DNA from: Acidobacteriota bacterium
GTDB lineage: Bacteria; Acidobacteriota; Terriglobia; Terriglobales; Acidobacteriaceae
Direction: 5' to 3'
NCBI GenBank assembly: GCA_003225555.1
Contig: QIAM01000015.1
Location: 34,924-98,923, forward strand
DNA length: 64,000 nucleotides
The notes beneath the pieces are model-generated. The model worked only from the letters and a program-made list of their open reading frames with translations. It ran no database searches and had not been told where the DNA came from. Positions 24,292-34,007 of the stretch are shown here, piece after piece; the first letter of the stretch is position 1; each line of letters starts with the position of its first letter. The position numbers were made by a program, and so were the translations under genes.

Positions 24292-24789
24292 TCACTGTAT
24301 TGGCGACTTGTTCCAAGTGTCCCGGAGTATCTTCCAAGGCCCTTGAAACTCGCGCTTCCAAACGACCAATCTCTTGCCTTTGACAGCGACTTCTTTGCCG
24401 TCCTTCACTAGAGTCCCGGAATACCTTGTGCTATCTATCAGCAGATCGCCTTCTTGAACTGAGTTTATGTTCTCGAACTTCTGCTCTATTAGCTTGTCTT
24501 GCTGCGCGAACCAATCAGTGTATAACGCGCGAACCGCATTCCTTCCGGATGCGGCCTCTTTCTCTTCTGGCAGAACCGTTGCATCATCCGTATACATGTT
24601 CAAGATCGCGTCCACGTTCTTCGCTTTTGCAGCTTCTGTCCAGTGAACATAGCCGTCTGCTATCGTTTTGCGATCATCTGCTAATTGCCGCAAGAACTCG
24701 GGAACGTCCTTCTTTTTCACGTCGTGAGCGGTTTGAGCGTACGCAACACAAACAATGCCGAGCATCGCGACCCACAAAACGAACTTCAC
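24292..24789 (-). CDS. secreted NTF2-like (DUF4440/SnoaL-type) protein
   Basis: Signal peptide MKFVLWVAMLGIVCVAYAQ. ...AILNMYTDDATVLP...GKRLVVWKRE.QGPWKILRDTWN is typical of the DUF4440 fold family. Confidence 0.65.
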   Translation of the reverse strand: MKFVLWVAMLGIVCVAYAQTAHDVKKKDVPEFLRQLADDRKTIADGYVHWTEAAKAKNVDAILNMYTDDATVLPEEKEAASGRNAVRALYTDWFAQQDKLIEQKFENINSVQEGDLLIDSTRYSGTLVKDGKEVAVKGKRLVVWKREFQGPWKILRDTWNKSPIQ

Positions 24790-24800
24790 GGGACCCCTCG

Positions 24801-26333
24801 CTATTTCGCCACCGCTTCCCGCGAGGCCACAAACTGCTGCTTCGCTTCTTTGATCACTCCGGTTAACTGGCCTTTCAAGGAATCGTCGAGAACCTTCTTC
24901 TCCATGATCGTGCGCAACAGCCCGGGGTTAGTCGCATCCACGTACTTGTAAAGCTCGTTCTCGAAGTCGCGAACCTGCCCAACCGGAAGATCGTCGAGGA
25001 ACCCGCTTGTCCCCGCGAAAATAATCAGGATCTGCTTCGAGAATGGCAGCGGGGAGAACTGGTTCTGCTTCAGGAGTTCCACCAGCCGTTGACCGCGATT
25101 CAACTGCGCTTGCGTAGCTTTGTCGAGATCGCTGCCAAACTGGGCAAACGCGGCGAGTTCGCGATATTGCGCCAATTCCAGCTTCAGCGTGCCGGCCACC
25201 TGCCGCATGGCCTTGATCTGCGCGCTGCCGCCTACGCGGCTCACCGACAGACCTACGTTCACCGCCGGACGCACGCCTTGGTTGAACAGATCGGTCTCGA
25301 GATAAATCTGCCCGTCGGTAATCGAAATTACGTTGGTCGGAATGTAGGCGGAAACGTCGCCCGCCTGCGTCTCGATTACCGGCAGAGCTGTGAGCGAGCC
25401 GCCTCCATTCTTGTCGCTGAGCTTCGCCGCGCGCTCCAGTAGTCGCGAGTGAAGATAGAACACGTCCCCGGGATAAGCCTCGCGCCCCGGCGGACGCCGC
25501 AGCAGCAGCGAGATCTCGCGGTATGATGCCGCGTGCTTCGAAAGATCGTCGTAGATTACCAGCGCGTGCCGCTTGGTATCGCGAAAATACTCGCCCATCG
25601 CGCAAGCCGCATAGGGCGAAATGTACTGCATCGGCGCTGGTTCTGAAGCGGACGCTGCCACCACGATCGTGTACTCCATCGCGCCTGCGTCTTCCAGAAT
25701 CTTCACCACCTGCGCAATCGACGACCGCTTCTGGCCAACAGCGTTGTAAATGCAGATCAGATCGTTGCCCTTGCTATTGATGATGGTGTCGAGCGCCACC
25801 GCGGTCTTGCCCGTCTGCCGGTCGCCGATGATCAATTCGCGTTGGCCGCGGCCAATCGGGATCATGCTGTCGATGGCCTTGAGTCCCGTCGCCATCGGTT
25901 CGCGCACTGGCTGCCGGTCAATGACGCCGGGGGCCAAACGTTCCAGCGCAATGAACTTGTCAGTCGCGATGGGACCCTTGTCGTCAATAGCCTGGCCGAG
26001 CGAGTTCACTACGCGGCCAATCAGCGCATCGCCCACAGGCACGCTCATGATGCGGCCCGTGCGCTTGACCTCGTCGCCTTCCTTGATCTCGGTGTATTCG
26101 CCGAGCAGCACCACGCCCACCTGGTCTTCTTCCAGGTTCATGGCAATGCCGGCAATGCCGTGGGGGAAGGAAAGCAGTTCGCCGGCCATGACCTTGTCCA
26201 GCCCATACACGCGCGCTATGCCGTCACCCAGCGTGATGACGGTGCCGGTCTCGTCCACGGAGATCTTGGTTTCGTAATTCTCGATCTGCTCGCGGATCAG
26301 CTTCGTGATCTCGTCTGCCTTGATTTGTGCCAT
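24801..26333 (-). CDS. atpA: F1 ATP synthase subunit alpha
   Basis: GDRQTGKT Walker A and full-length alpha similarity. Confidence 0.97.
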   Translation of the reverse strand: MAQIKADEITKLIREQIENYETKISVDETGTVITLGDGIARVYGLDKVMAGELLSFPHGIAGIAMNLEEDQVGVVLLGEYTEIKEGDEVKRTGRIMSVPVGDALIGRVVNSLGQAIDDKGPIATDKFIALERLAPGVIDRQPVREPMATGLKAIDSMIPIGRGQRELIIGDRQTGKTAVALDTIINSKGNDLICIYNAVGQKRSSIAQVVKILEDAGAMEYTIVVAASASEPAPMQYISPYAACAMGEYFRDTKRHALVIYDDLSKHAASYREISLLLRRPPGREAYPGDVFYLHSRLLERAAKLSDKNGGGSLTALPVIETQAGDVSAYIPTNVISITDGQIYLETDLFNQGVRPAVNVGLSVSRVGGSAQIKAMRQVAGTLKLELAQYRELAAFAQFGSDLDKATQAQLNRGQRLVELLKQNQFSPLPFSKQILIIFAGTSGFLDDLPVGQVRDFENELYKYVDATNPGLLRTIMEKKVLDDSLKGQLTGVIKEAKQQFVASREAVAK

Positions 26334-26337
26334 AGAA

Positions 26338-26493
26338 TCAGCTCTTAGCCTTTAGCTCTCAGCTTCTAGCTGCTAGCTCCTGGCAAGCCCTCTGCGATGC
26401 CATCTCCATCGCTGCGGAGCAAGCAATGCGAGGAGTCACACCCTCTCAACTCAGTTCCAAGCTAGAAGCCAGGAGCTAGAAGCTAGGAGCTGA
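26338..26493. repeat. long imperfect inverted repeat (hairpin element), agctag-motif class, atpH/atpA junction
   Basis: Arm 26338-26384 against arm 26457-26493 (about 29/37 complementary). 26361-26384 is 23/24 identical to 23002-23025. The right arm overlaps the atpH stop. Confidence 0.8.
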
Positions 26494-27019
26494 TTGCTTC
26501 CTTAATCCTCTGTAACTGCCCTAACACCGAACCGTCGTAAATCGTGCTGCCCACGCGGATGACCGCCCCGCCCAGCAGGGAGGCGTCCTGCCCATAGCGC
26601 GCGCGCACTTTCTTTCCGGTCAGCTTTGTGACCTGAGCCTCGAGCGCTCGCTTCTCTGGGTCGCCCAATTCACGCGCGCTGGTAACCTGCGCCTCGGCAA
26701 ACCCCAGGCGGGCGTCGAGTTCTTTCTCCAACTGATCGACGATCCGTGGCAGAAACTGCACGCGACGGTGATCGATCAACACCGCAACCAGGTTCCTGAC
26801 CTGCTTCGAGAACCCGCCGCGCTTCGCGATTCCATCGAGAATGCCGCGCTTCTGCTCCGCCGGGACCGCGGGATTCTCCCACACCCGGCGCAACTCTACG
26901 CTTTCCTCCAGGAGTCTCGCGAGGGTGCGCAATTCCGAAATGGCGCGATCTGCGTCGAGCTTTGCGCTGAGAACCACGTCAGCAAAAGCCCGGGCGTAGC
27001 TGCTGGCGACGGAAGCCAT
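26483..27019 (-). CDS. atpH: F1 ATP synthase subunit delta (OSCP)
   Basis: SYARAFADV... start, ...GGAVIRVGSTIYDGSVLGQL end, and position between b and alpha. Confidence 0.85.
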   Translation of the reverse strand: MASVASSYARAFADVVLSAKLDADRAISELRTLARLLEESVELRRVWENPAVPAEQKRGILDGIAKRGGFSKQVRNLVAVLIDHRRVQFLPRIVDQLEKELDARLGFAEAQVTSARELGDPEKRALEAQVTKLTGKKVRARYGQDASLLGGAVIRVGSTIYDGSVLGQLQRIKEAISS

Positions 27020-27022
27020 GTT

Positions 27023-27826
27023 CTAGAGCCGGTCCTTTCCCGTGCCTGCTTCCGGGCCGCCGGAAGCAGTGCCCAGCTGCCCGGAAAAATTCCGCACGAT
27101 TGCCTGATCTGTGGCAGCATCCACGTGAATTTGCTTCTGCGCCAGTCCCACCGCCAGATCCGCGGCATAGGCGGTCAGTTCGCGTCGAGCGGTCTTGACG
27201 GCTGCCGTAATCTCCTGCTCCGCCGACTGGACAATCTTTCGCGCATCTTCCTCGGCCGCTGCCTGAATGCGCGCCTCTTCCGCCGCCGCTTCCTTCTCGG
27301 CAGCGTCACGCATCATGCCAATTTCCCCGTCGAGCTTCATCAGCCGCGTTTCAATATCCGCCAAGCGGCGGCGTGCCTCTTCGCTGGCGTTCTGCGCCTC
27401 CTGCATCGCCTTCTGAATCGACGCGGTCCGGTCACGGAACATACCAGGCAAATACGTTCGGCCCGCCCAGACGATCACGGCAGCGATCACCGCAAAGTTC
27501 AGGAGCACACTCAGCCAATACGCATGCTCCAAGCTCATTCCGGTCCATTTGGCAATCAGTCGGACCGATGCCGATTGCTTGAACTCGGCAGTCTCGTCTT
27601 TTTCTTCACCAGCGGCTTCGCGGCTCTCGTGCGTCAACTGCTCCCCGGGACCTTGGGGCTGCTCGGAGGAATCGCCGGCTTGCTGCTGCTCGGGAGGCGC
27701 AGCTTGGCCTTTGGCGCGAACCGACCCCATGGCCCCACTCACAGACACCATGAGCAGTGCCAGCAATCCCGCGCGCACGCTTTTCGCGGTGGACGTCCTC
27801 GTCGGAATCATGCTCGTCGAAATCAT
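27023..27826 (-). CDS. atpF: F0 ATP synthase subunit b with about 95-aa N-terminal extension
   Basis: The C-terminal 170 aa have a TM helix (WLSVLLNFAVIAAVIVWA) plus a long Ala/Glu/Arg coiled coil. The ATG overlaps the upstream stop by 4 nt. An alternative short start is ATG 27538. Confidence 0.72.
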   Translation of the reverse strand: MISTSMIPTRTSTAKSVRAGLLALLMVSVSGAMGSVRAKGQAAPPEQQQAGDSSEQPQGPGEQLTHESREAAGEEKDETAEFKQSASVRLIAKWTGMSLEHAYWLSVLLNFAVIAAVIVWAGRTYLPGMFRDRTASIQKAMQEAQNASEEARRRLADIETRLMKLDGEIGMMRDAAEKEAAAEEARIQAAAEEDARKIVQSAEQEITAAVKTARRELTAYAADLAVGLAQKQIHVDAATDQAIVRNFSGQLGTASGGPEAGTGKDRL

Positions 27827-28278
27827 CGTCCCGCTCCTGCCGGGGCCAGCACCCGCCGAACGATTTCCCGCGCCAGCGTGGCAGCCTCTCCCTGCAACCC
27901 CGCCTTCGCCGCTTCCTTGTCGTTCTCAATCTCTTTCTTGGCAGCCTGCACTTGCGCCTGCGACCTCGTTCGGGCTTCGGCCGTGGCGTTTGTCCGGACC
28001 TGCAGCGCTGCTTGGCGCCGCGCTTCCTGCGCCCGGAAAAGCGAAGCCCGCGCCTCGCGCAAACGCTGCTCGTACTCAGCTGTACGCGCCTCGGCCGCCG
28101 CGATATCAGCGCGTGACTTCTCGACCGCGCCTTCGGTCTTGGCGTGCCGCTGCCCTAGCACCCGCCCCAGGGGCTTGTGCACGAGCGTCGTGTACAAGAC
28201 GTAGAGCAACGCCAGCAGAATCACCGTCGGAACCGCCCCGAGCAGTAATTCGCCTAGTTGGTGTAGCATCTGATCCAT
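27823..28278 (-). CDS. F0 ATP synthase b-type subunit (b')
   Basis: One TM helix (LLLGAVPTVILLALLYVL) followed by a coiled coil (AAAEARTAEYEQRLREAR...). First gene of the operon. Confidence 0.7.
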   Translation of the reverse strand: MDQMLHQLGELLLGAVPTVILLALLYVLYTTLVHKPLGRVLGQRHAKTEGAVEKSRADIAAAEARTAEYEQRLREARASLFRAQEARRQAALQVRTNATAEARTRSQAQVQAAKKEIENDKEAAKAGLQGEAATLAREIVRRVLAPAGAGR

Positions 28279-28323
28279 GTGGTGCTGATATAGACCGAGA
28301 AATGAGGGCTCAGAAAACTGATA

Positions 28324-28353
28324 AGTCTAACGTCCCAAGGAGTTTAATGTCAA
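28324..28353 (-). promoter_or_regulatory. sigma70-like promoter for the atp (b'-b-delta-alpha...) operon
   Basis: Minus strand: TTGACA (28353-28348), 18-nt spacer, TAGACT (28329-28324). About 45 nt upstream of ATG 28278. Confidence 0.35.
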
Positions 28354-28630
28354 CGCGGAGGGGACAGATTTTACGTCAGGGAAGGCCAGAAATGGCCGAC
28401 AAAGTGCGGTACGCGAGGCTCTCAAGGACATGCAGATTCCTGCATATAATCCTTGACTTCCGGTTAAAGAGGACTAGCATAGAAGTATCACCTCCGATCC
28501 AATTCAGGATCGAATGGGCCGATAGCCAAGGAATGTCACCGCTTCTTGGTTGCCGGCCCATTTAATTCTATCCGTTAGTCGTTGGCTACCCGTGCTTCGT
28601 CGGCCTCTGTGAACAAATCTGCATGCCACC

Positions 28631-29866
28631 TCATGGAGCGGCGGCGCACGTTTGCGTGCGCACCGCAGGCAAAAGCCGGTTCACCAAGTCCCGGTCTGGG
28701 GTCTCATCCTTGAGAATCTCCCACCCCGTGAACACCGCAACAAGGTTTTCTTCAGGAAAAACCATCAGCCGTTGCCCGCCGAAACCTCGCGCCATCCAGA
28801 TATACCCCGGACGATCCGTACGCGGAAGCAGCCACCATTTGAATCCGTACTTGAAGCCTTCCTCGGCATCAGTGAACGGCGTCAGTGACTGCCTCACCCA
28901 GTCTTGCGAGACGATCTGCTTCCGGTCCCAGATGCCGTCGTGGAGGTATAGATATCCGATCTTCGCCAGATCAGTCGTGTTGAGGAACAAGCCGCCCTCG
29001 GTATCGACGACTCCCATCGGCGTCCGCTTCCAGTAATGCTTGATGCCCAACGGCGTGAACAGATATTTCTCACCATACTTCTCGATATCCTGCCCCGTCT
29101 CTTTCTGGAAGATGTAGGCCAGCAACTCCGACACGCCGCTGCTGTAATTGAAGACTCTCCCCGGCTCGTGCGCCATCGGACGGTCGATGACGTACTGCAC
29201 CCAATCGTCGGTCGCCTCCATCAAACTCGCATCGTTCTTGGGATCGTCATACGCAATCTCCTCGTTCCAGTCGAGCCCGGTGGTCATGGTGAGGACGTGC
29301 CGCAGCGTGATGCGGCGCTTGCGGTCGTCCCCGTTCTTCACTTTGGCTACGTCGAAGTACGTGAGCAGCGGGGTATCGAGGCCGGCCTTGAAGTCGTCGC
29401 GCGTGATGGCAATACCCAGAATAGCCGACGAGACCGTCTTGCTTACCGATTGCATGCTATGCAGATCGGTGCCGTGATAGTAGGGATGCCACGCCGGATC
29501 GAAGTAGTTGTAGGGGCCGGTCAGGTGAGCGTTCAGCGGCCCACGCATCTTCGCCTCTTTCGCGTAGATCGTGCCGTAGTCGTGGGAGTAAGCCTTTTCG
29601 AAAACGGAATTGCCACAGCGGATCACGGCAAAACTATCGACCAGCGAATATTTCCCACTCGCCAGATCAGCGTCGAATGCAGCGAGAGCTTTCTCGTCGA
29701 GTCCCACGCTGGAAGGCTTAGCCTTCGCCCAGCCATGAGTCGGCCACTTCGACTCGCTTGGTCGCGAGTCTGGATCTTGAGCCTGGAGCACGACCTGTCC
29801 TGGCAGGATGCAGGTCACGAAGATAAGAATTGCAGCGGTCATCTTTTTCTTGTTTTTCTTGTTCAT
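28631..29866 (-). CDS. secreted serine hydrolase (class-C beta-lactamase/PBP-like family)
   Basis: Signal peptide. S-x-x-K motif SVSK in ...HSMQSVSKTVSSAILG... Length and pattern fit the beta-lactamase-related family. Confidence 0.8.
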   Translation of the reverse strand: MNKKNKKKMTAAILIFVTCILPGQVVLQAQDPDSRPSESKWPTHGWAKAKPSSVGLDEKALAAFDADLASGKYSLVDSFAVIRCGNSVFEKAYSHDYGTIYAKEAKMRGPLNAHLTGPYNYFDPAWHPYYHGTDLHSMQSVSKTVSSAILGIAITRDDFKAGLDTPLLTYFDVAKVKNGDDRKRRITLRHVLTMTTGLDWNEEIAYDDPKNDASLMEATDDWVQYVIDRPMAHEPGRVFNYSSGVSELLAYIFQKETGQDIEKYGEKYLFTPLGIKHYWKRTPMGVVDTEGGLFLNTTDLAKIGYLYLHDGIWDRKQIVSQDWVRQSLTPFTDAEEGFKYGFKWWLLPRTDRPGYIWMARGFGGQRLMVFPEENLVAVFTGWEILKDETPDRDLVNRLLPAVRTQTCAAAP

Positions 29867-30056
29867 GTCGCCCCCCGCCTCGACTCTACTTCGGGAGCAG
29901 ATTTACGGTTGTCGCGCCCGCATGTCAACCATGACGCGGTGGCTGGAGGCGGCTTCATGCCCCGATGTATACTCCCACCCGAGCTTCCGCCGAACCCTGA
30001 CAAGGATCTCACCAACGGTTGGGTCTGCCGTCCAATTCATTCTGAGGAGTCCCATC

Positions 30057-32771
30057 ATGCGTACACTTCGTCTCCTGTCGATTGTTGTGCTCGCGGTCAG
30101 CGGGTTGGCCCAAGCCCAGAACATCGATATCCCTTACCAGAAATTCGTGCTCGACAACGGACTGACTCTGATCGTGCATGAGGACCATAAGGCGCCGATC
30201 GTGGCCGTCAACCTCTGGTACCACGTTGGCTCCAAGAATGAGAAGACCGGCAAAACCGGGTTCGCACATCTGTTCGAACACTTGATGTTTGGCGGCAGCC
30301 AGCATGCCGGGGACAGCTACACCAAGGCCCTCGAATCGGTGGGCGCGACTGACTGGAATGGCACCACGAACTTTGACCGCACCAATTATTTTGAAAACGT
30401 CCCCACCTCCGCACTCGACTTCACCCTATGGATGGAAGCGGATCGCATGGGATTTCTCAACCTGAGCCAGAAGACGCTCGACCTGCAGCGCGGAGTCGTC
30501 CAGAACGAAAAGCGGCAGGGTGAAAACGAACCCTACCGGCTGGCCGAGGAATACATTCCTCAGAACACGTACCCTGCGGGCCATCCGTATTCCTGGGACG
30601 TGATCGGCGAGATGGCGGACCTCGATGCCGCCTCCTTCAAGGATGTTCAGGACTGGTTCAAGACCTACTACGGCCCATCGAATGTAGTGATCGTGCTGGC
30701 GGGCGACATCGACGCCAAGACCGCGAAAGAGAAAGTCCAGAAATATTTTGGGGACATCCCGGCTGGACCGCCCGTAACCCACCAGCAGGCCTGGGTCGCG
30801 AAGATGACAGGGACTCACCGCTCAGTGACGCAGGATCGAGTGCCGCTCCCGCGAGTCTACATGGTCTGGAACGTGCCGCAGTTCGGCAGCGCCGACGCGG
30901 ACTATCTGCGACTCGTCGAAGCTTGCCTGGGCGATGGCAAGACCTCGCGCCTTTACAAGCGGCTAGTCTACGATGATCAGATCGCCAGCGAAGTCTACGT
31001 CTACAACGATTCCCGCGAGATCGGCGGCCAGTTTGGCATTCAGGTCACCGCGCGTCCCGGACACAATCTCGATGAAATCGAAAAGGAGACCAATGAGGAA
31101 CTCGCGCGCTTTCTCAAGGACGGGCCCACCTCCGAAGAGTTACAGCGCGTGCAAACGCAGTACCTCGCCCGCTTTCTTCGCGGCATTGAACGGATTGGCG
31201 GCTTTGGAGGAAAGTCCGACCGATTGGCCGAATACATGGCCTTTACCGGCAATCCCGACGGTTACAAGATCACGCTCAATCGAGTCCGCGAGGCCACTGC
31301 GGACAACTTGAAGTCGGTGGCAAATCGCTGGCTTAACGATGGGGTCTACTTCGTCGAGGTCCTGCCATTTCCCGATTACAAGGTGGCCTCGGCCGAAATC
31401 GATCGCGCCAAGACGCCGGCACTGGGCACGCCGCCGGAACTCAAGCTTCCCAAGCTGCAGCGCGCGTCACTTTCGAATGGGCTAAAGATCATTCTGGCGG
31501 AACGGCACGAGGTCCCTCTCGTCAGTTTGTGGATGGACACGGATGCCGGCTATGCCGCCGACCAGTTCGCCAAGCCCGGGACGGCAAAATTGGCGACCAC
31601 TCTGCTGACCGAAGGCACCAGCACGAGAAATGCGCTCCAGATCAACGATCAGGCCGCCATGCTGGGAGCCAACCTCGTCGGATACTCCACTCTAGACTTC
31701 AGTGTTGTAACTCTCTCGGCTTTGAAGGCGAAACTCGACCTTTCACTCGAGCTGTTCGCCGATGTCATTCTCAACCCGTCGTTCCCCGAAGCGGACTTCA
31801 AGCGCGAACAGAAGCTGCAGTTGGATGCCATCGCACAGGAACAAAAAGATCCGATCCAGATGACGCTTCGTGTCTTTCCCGCCCTCGTTTACGGCGCGGG
31901 GCACGCCTATGGAAATCCTTTGACTGGATCGGGGACCACAGCGAGCACAGAAGCCATTACTCGCGTCGATCTGGTGAAGTTCCACCAAGTCTGGTTCCGT
32001 CCCAACGATTCCACCCTGGTGGTTGTGGGAGACACCAGCCTTGCCGAATTGACGCCGAAACTGGAGAAGCTGTTCGCTGGCTGGAAGCCAGGGAAGGTCC
32101 CGGCCAAAAACCTTTCCAATGTGAAGCTGGCGGCCGAGCCGACCGTCTACATTCTGGACAAGCCCGGCGCCAGCCAGTCCGTAATCATCGCCGGCCACGT
32201 CTCAACGCTGGCCAACACCCCACAGGAGATCGCCACGCAGGCGATGAATGACGACTTTGGCGGAACATTCAGTTCCCGCCTGAACATGAACCTGCGCGAG
32301 GACAAGCACTGGGCTTACGGCGCAGGCAGCTTGCTCTGGCCGGCTCGCGCGCAACGGCCGCTAATCATCTTTGCGCCCGTGCAGACCGACAAGACCAAGG
32401 AGTCGATAGTGGAAGTGAACAAGGAAATTCAGGGCATCCTGAAAGACCGCCCCGTCACCAAGGAAGAACTCACGCGCATCCAGGCAAACGAAACCCTAAG
32501 CCTGCCGGGTTCGCGGGAGACAATCCGTTCCGTCGGAGACTCCATCCTCGATCTAATCCAGTACGGCTGGCCCGAAAATTATTACGACACCCTGGCCGGC
32601 AAGATCCGCGCATTGAAGTCGACCGACCTGGACGCTGCCGCAAAGCAGGTAATCCATCCCGAAAGCATGGTGTGGGTGGTGGTCGGTGACCGGGGCAAGA
32701 TCGAGCAGGGCATCAAGGAGCTAGGAATCGGCAAGATTCGATTTATCGATGCGGATGGGCATCCGATCTAA
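30057..32771 (+). CDS. secreted double-module M16 (insulinase/pitrilysin) zinc peptidase
   Basis: ATG 30057 gives the signal peptide MRTLRLLSIVVLAVSGLAQA. HxxEH motif HLFEHLMF. The second, inactive M16 half follows in the same ORF. Confidence 0.85.
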   Translation: MRTLRLLSIVVLAVSGLAQAQNIDIPYQKFVLDNGLTLIVHEDHKAPIVAVNLWYHVGSKNEKTGKTGFAHLFEHLMFGGSQHAGDSYTKALESVGATDWNGTTNFDRTNYFENVPTSALDFTLWMEADRMGFLNLSQKTLDLQRGVVQNEKRQGENEPYRLAEEYIPQNTYPAGHPYSWDVIGEMADLDAASFKDVQDWFKTYYGPSNVVIVLAGDIDAKTAKEKVQKYFGDIPAGPPVTHQQAWVAKMTGTHRSVTQDRVPLPRVYMVWNVPQFGSADADYLRLVEACLGDGKTSRLYKRLVYDDQIASEVYVYNDSREIGGQFGIQVTARPGHNLDEIEKETNEELARFLKDGPTSEELQRVQTQYLARFLRGIERIGGFGGKSDRLAEYMAFTGNPDGYKITLNRVREATADNLKSVANRWLNDGVYFVEVLPFPDYKVASAEIDRAKTPALGTPPELKLPKLQRASLSNGLKIILAERHEVPLVSLWMDTDAGYAADQFAKPGTAKLATTLLTEGTSTRNALQINDQAAMLGANLVGYSTLDFSVVTLSALKAKLDLSLELFADVILNPSFPEADFKREQKLQLDAIAQEQKDPIQMTLRVFPALVYGAGHAYGNPLTGSGTTASTEAITRVDLVKFHQVWFRPNDSTLVVVGDTSLAELTPKLEKLFAGWKPGKVPAKNLSNVKLAAEPTVYILDKPGASQSVIIAGHVSTLANTPQEIATQAMNDDFGGTFSSRLNMNLREDKHWAYGAGSLLWPARAQRPLIIFAPVQTDKTKESIVEVNKEIQGILKDRPVTKEELTRIQANETLSLPGSRETIRSVGDSILDLIQYGWPENYYDTLAGKIRALKSTDLDAAAKQVIHPESMVWVVVGDRGKIEQGIKELGIGKIRFIDADGHPI

Positions 32772-32849
32772 GCGAAACCTAGCCCAGTCAGGGAGCCCAT
32801 TTGTTCGCGGCTCTTGCGAAAAACGCCTAGCGACAAAAAAAATCCGTGG

Positions 32850-33302
32850 TCAGACCGAGCAGGGATCCAAGATAGGGCACCCTTCGTTTCGCGCCGCCGA
32901 CAACAAAGTCTTGTCAGCGCAAACGAAGATGGGCTCGTCGGTACCCGAAATCGACCTTAACACTAAGTATCCTGCCAGTTGCATAGCGTCGTAGCCCTTA
33001 AGGGGATATCCGTCGATCAGCGCCAACGCCACGTCTAAGAGCGATTCCGTAAAGGGTTGTACTACAAACCTGCCCTCCACGTGTTGGCGAAAGGACTCAA
33101 TCAATACGCCCGCGTCGGATCCAGAGATCTCGCCACACCGTTGCTGCCGCCGGATCGCTGATCTGAACTCGACCTGCGCAAGAGAGAGGATCGCGAATCT
33201 ATGGCCCCCGTCGCTGGCGGTAAGGCCGACCAAACGCTCCGTGCCGGGTTCGTAAACGTAGAACTTGACTAGAGCACTCGTCTCCAGATAGTAAAGCGCC
33301 AC
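32850..33302 (-). CDS. vapC: PIN-domain ribonuclease, VapC-type toxin
   Basis: GTG start. YYLETSALVKFY N-terminal PIN signature. Acidic residues E7, E45, D105, D130. Confidence 0.8.
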   Translation of the reverse strand: MALYYLETSALVKFYVYEPGTERLVGLTASDGGHRFAILSLAQVEFRSAIRRQQRCGEISGSDAGVLIESFRQHVEGRFVVQPFTESLLDVALALIDGYPLKGYDAMQLAGYLVLRSISGTDEPIFVCADKTLLSAARNEGCPILDPCSV

Positions 33303-33305
33303 CTC

Positions 33306-34004
33306 TTATCGCCTTTCCCGGAGAATGATGGCCGACAATGGCTCTCCTTTGATGCGGATGGGGTGAAAGTCCAGATCCTTCATCGGATGTCCCAGAACCG
33401 CTTGCACCTCTGGCATCAAGCGATTAAGACGGATGCTTGTAACGGGAAACTGAGGGGACTTCGGGTTTGGGACCTTCCCAACGAGGATCAGCCTCTTGTC
33501 GATGGCGCTCCGAATGGCCTCTTGCCAGTGAACGTCGGTAGGCTGGAATGTACCTGGCTCAAAGGGCTCACCCGGAAGAATCTCGTCACGGAATTTCTTC
33601 AGCGAGACAAAGTTCCAACCCGGCGTTGATTCCGCACGGTTCAGAGCCTGCAGCAGTCTAGCTTGAAGCGAATCCGAACTGGATCTCTTGTCCGCTCCGT
33701 AGGAGACTTCAGGTGCCACCATTTTTTGTGTTTCCGGTGCCGGCTCGAACCGAATCTCGATGCGACCGGACTCAGGAGACCAATTCTCAGCGGACGCGTC
33801 GCTACGTTTCTTTCGTCCTTTGGCATCCAAGAGTGAAACACGGAGTTGGTACTGCCCAGGAAGGGTGTAGCGGAGTTCGTGCAGGATGTTTCTTAGTGGA
33901 CTAACCAGTTTTTGAGCAAGTTCAGGCTCTAATTGATCAATTCGGACGTTCACTTTTGCACCTCTAGACAGCGTTAATATAAATGACCGGAGACCTTGAG
34001 CCAT
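33306..34004 (-). CDS. hypothetical protein, oversized putative VapC partner (215-232 aa)
   Basis: Stop lies 3 nt before the vapC GTG. No family recognised. An alternative GTG start at 33953 is preceded by GAGGT. The 5' end is AT-rich. Confidence 0.55.
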   Translation of the reverse strand: MAQGLRSFILTLSRGAKVNVRIDQLEPELAQKLVSPLRNILHELRYTLPGQYQLRVSLLDAKGRKKRSDASAENWSPESGRIEIRFEPAPETQKMVAPEVSYGADKRSSSDSLQARLLQALNRAESTPGWNFVSLKKFRDEILPGEPFEPGTFQPTDVHWQEAIRSAIDKRLILVGKVPNPKSPQFPVTSIRLNRLMPEVQAVLGHPMKDLDFHPIRIKGEPLSAIILRERR

Positions 34005-34007
34005 ATT

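Noticed and set aside
29808-30056. N-terminal extensions offered by the ORF track: 29808 for the M16 peptidase, 617 for the membrane protein, 6607, 8711, 21482 for atpC, 35917 for hfq, 40529, 56205, 56820 and 58954.
   Set aside because: The extensions overlap neighbouring genes or repeat arms, lack SD sequences, and bury obvious signal peptides or conserved N-termini. Internal starts with an SD or signal peptide were preferred.
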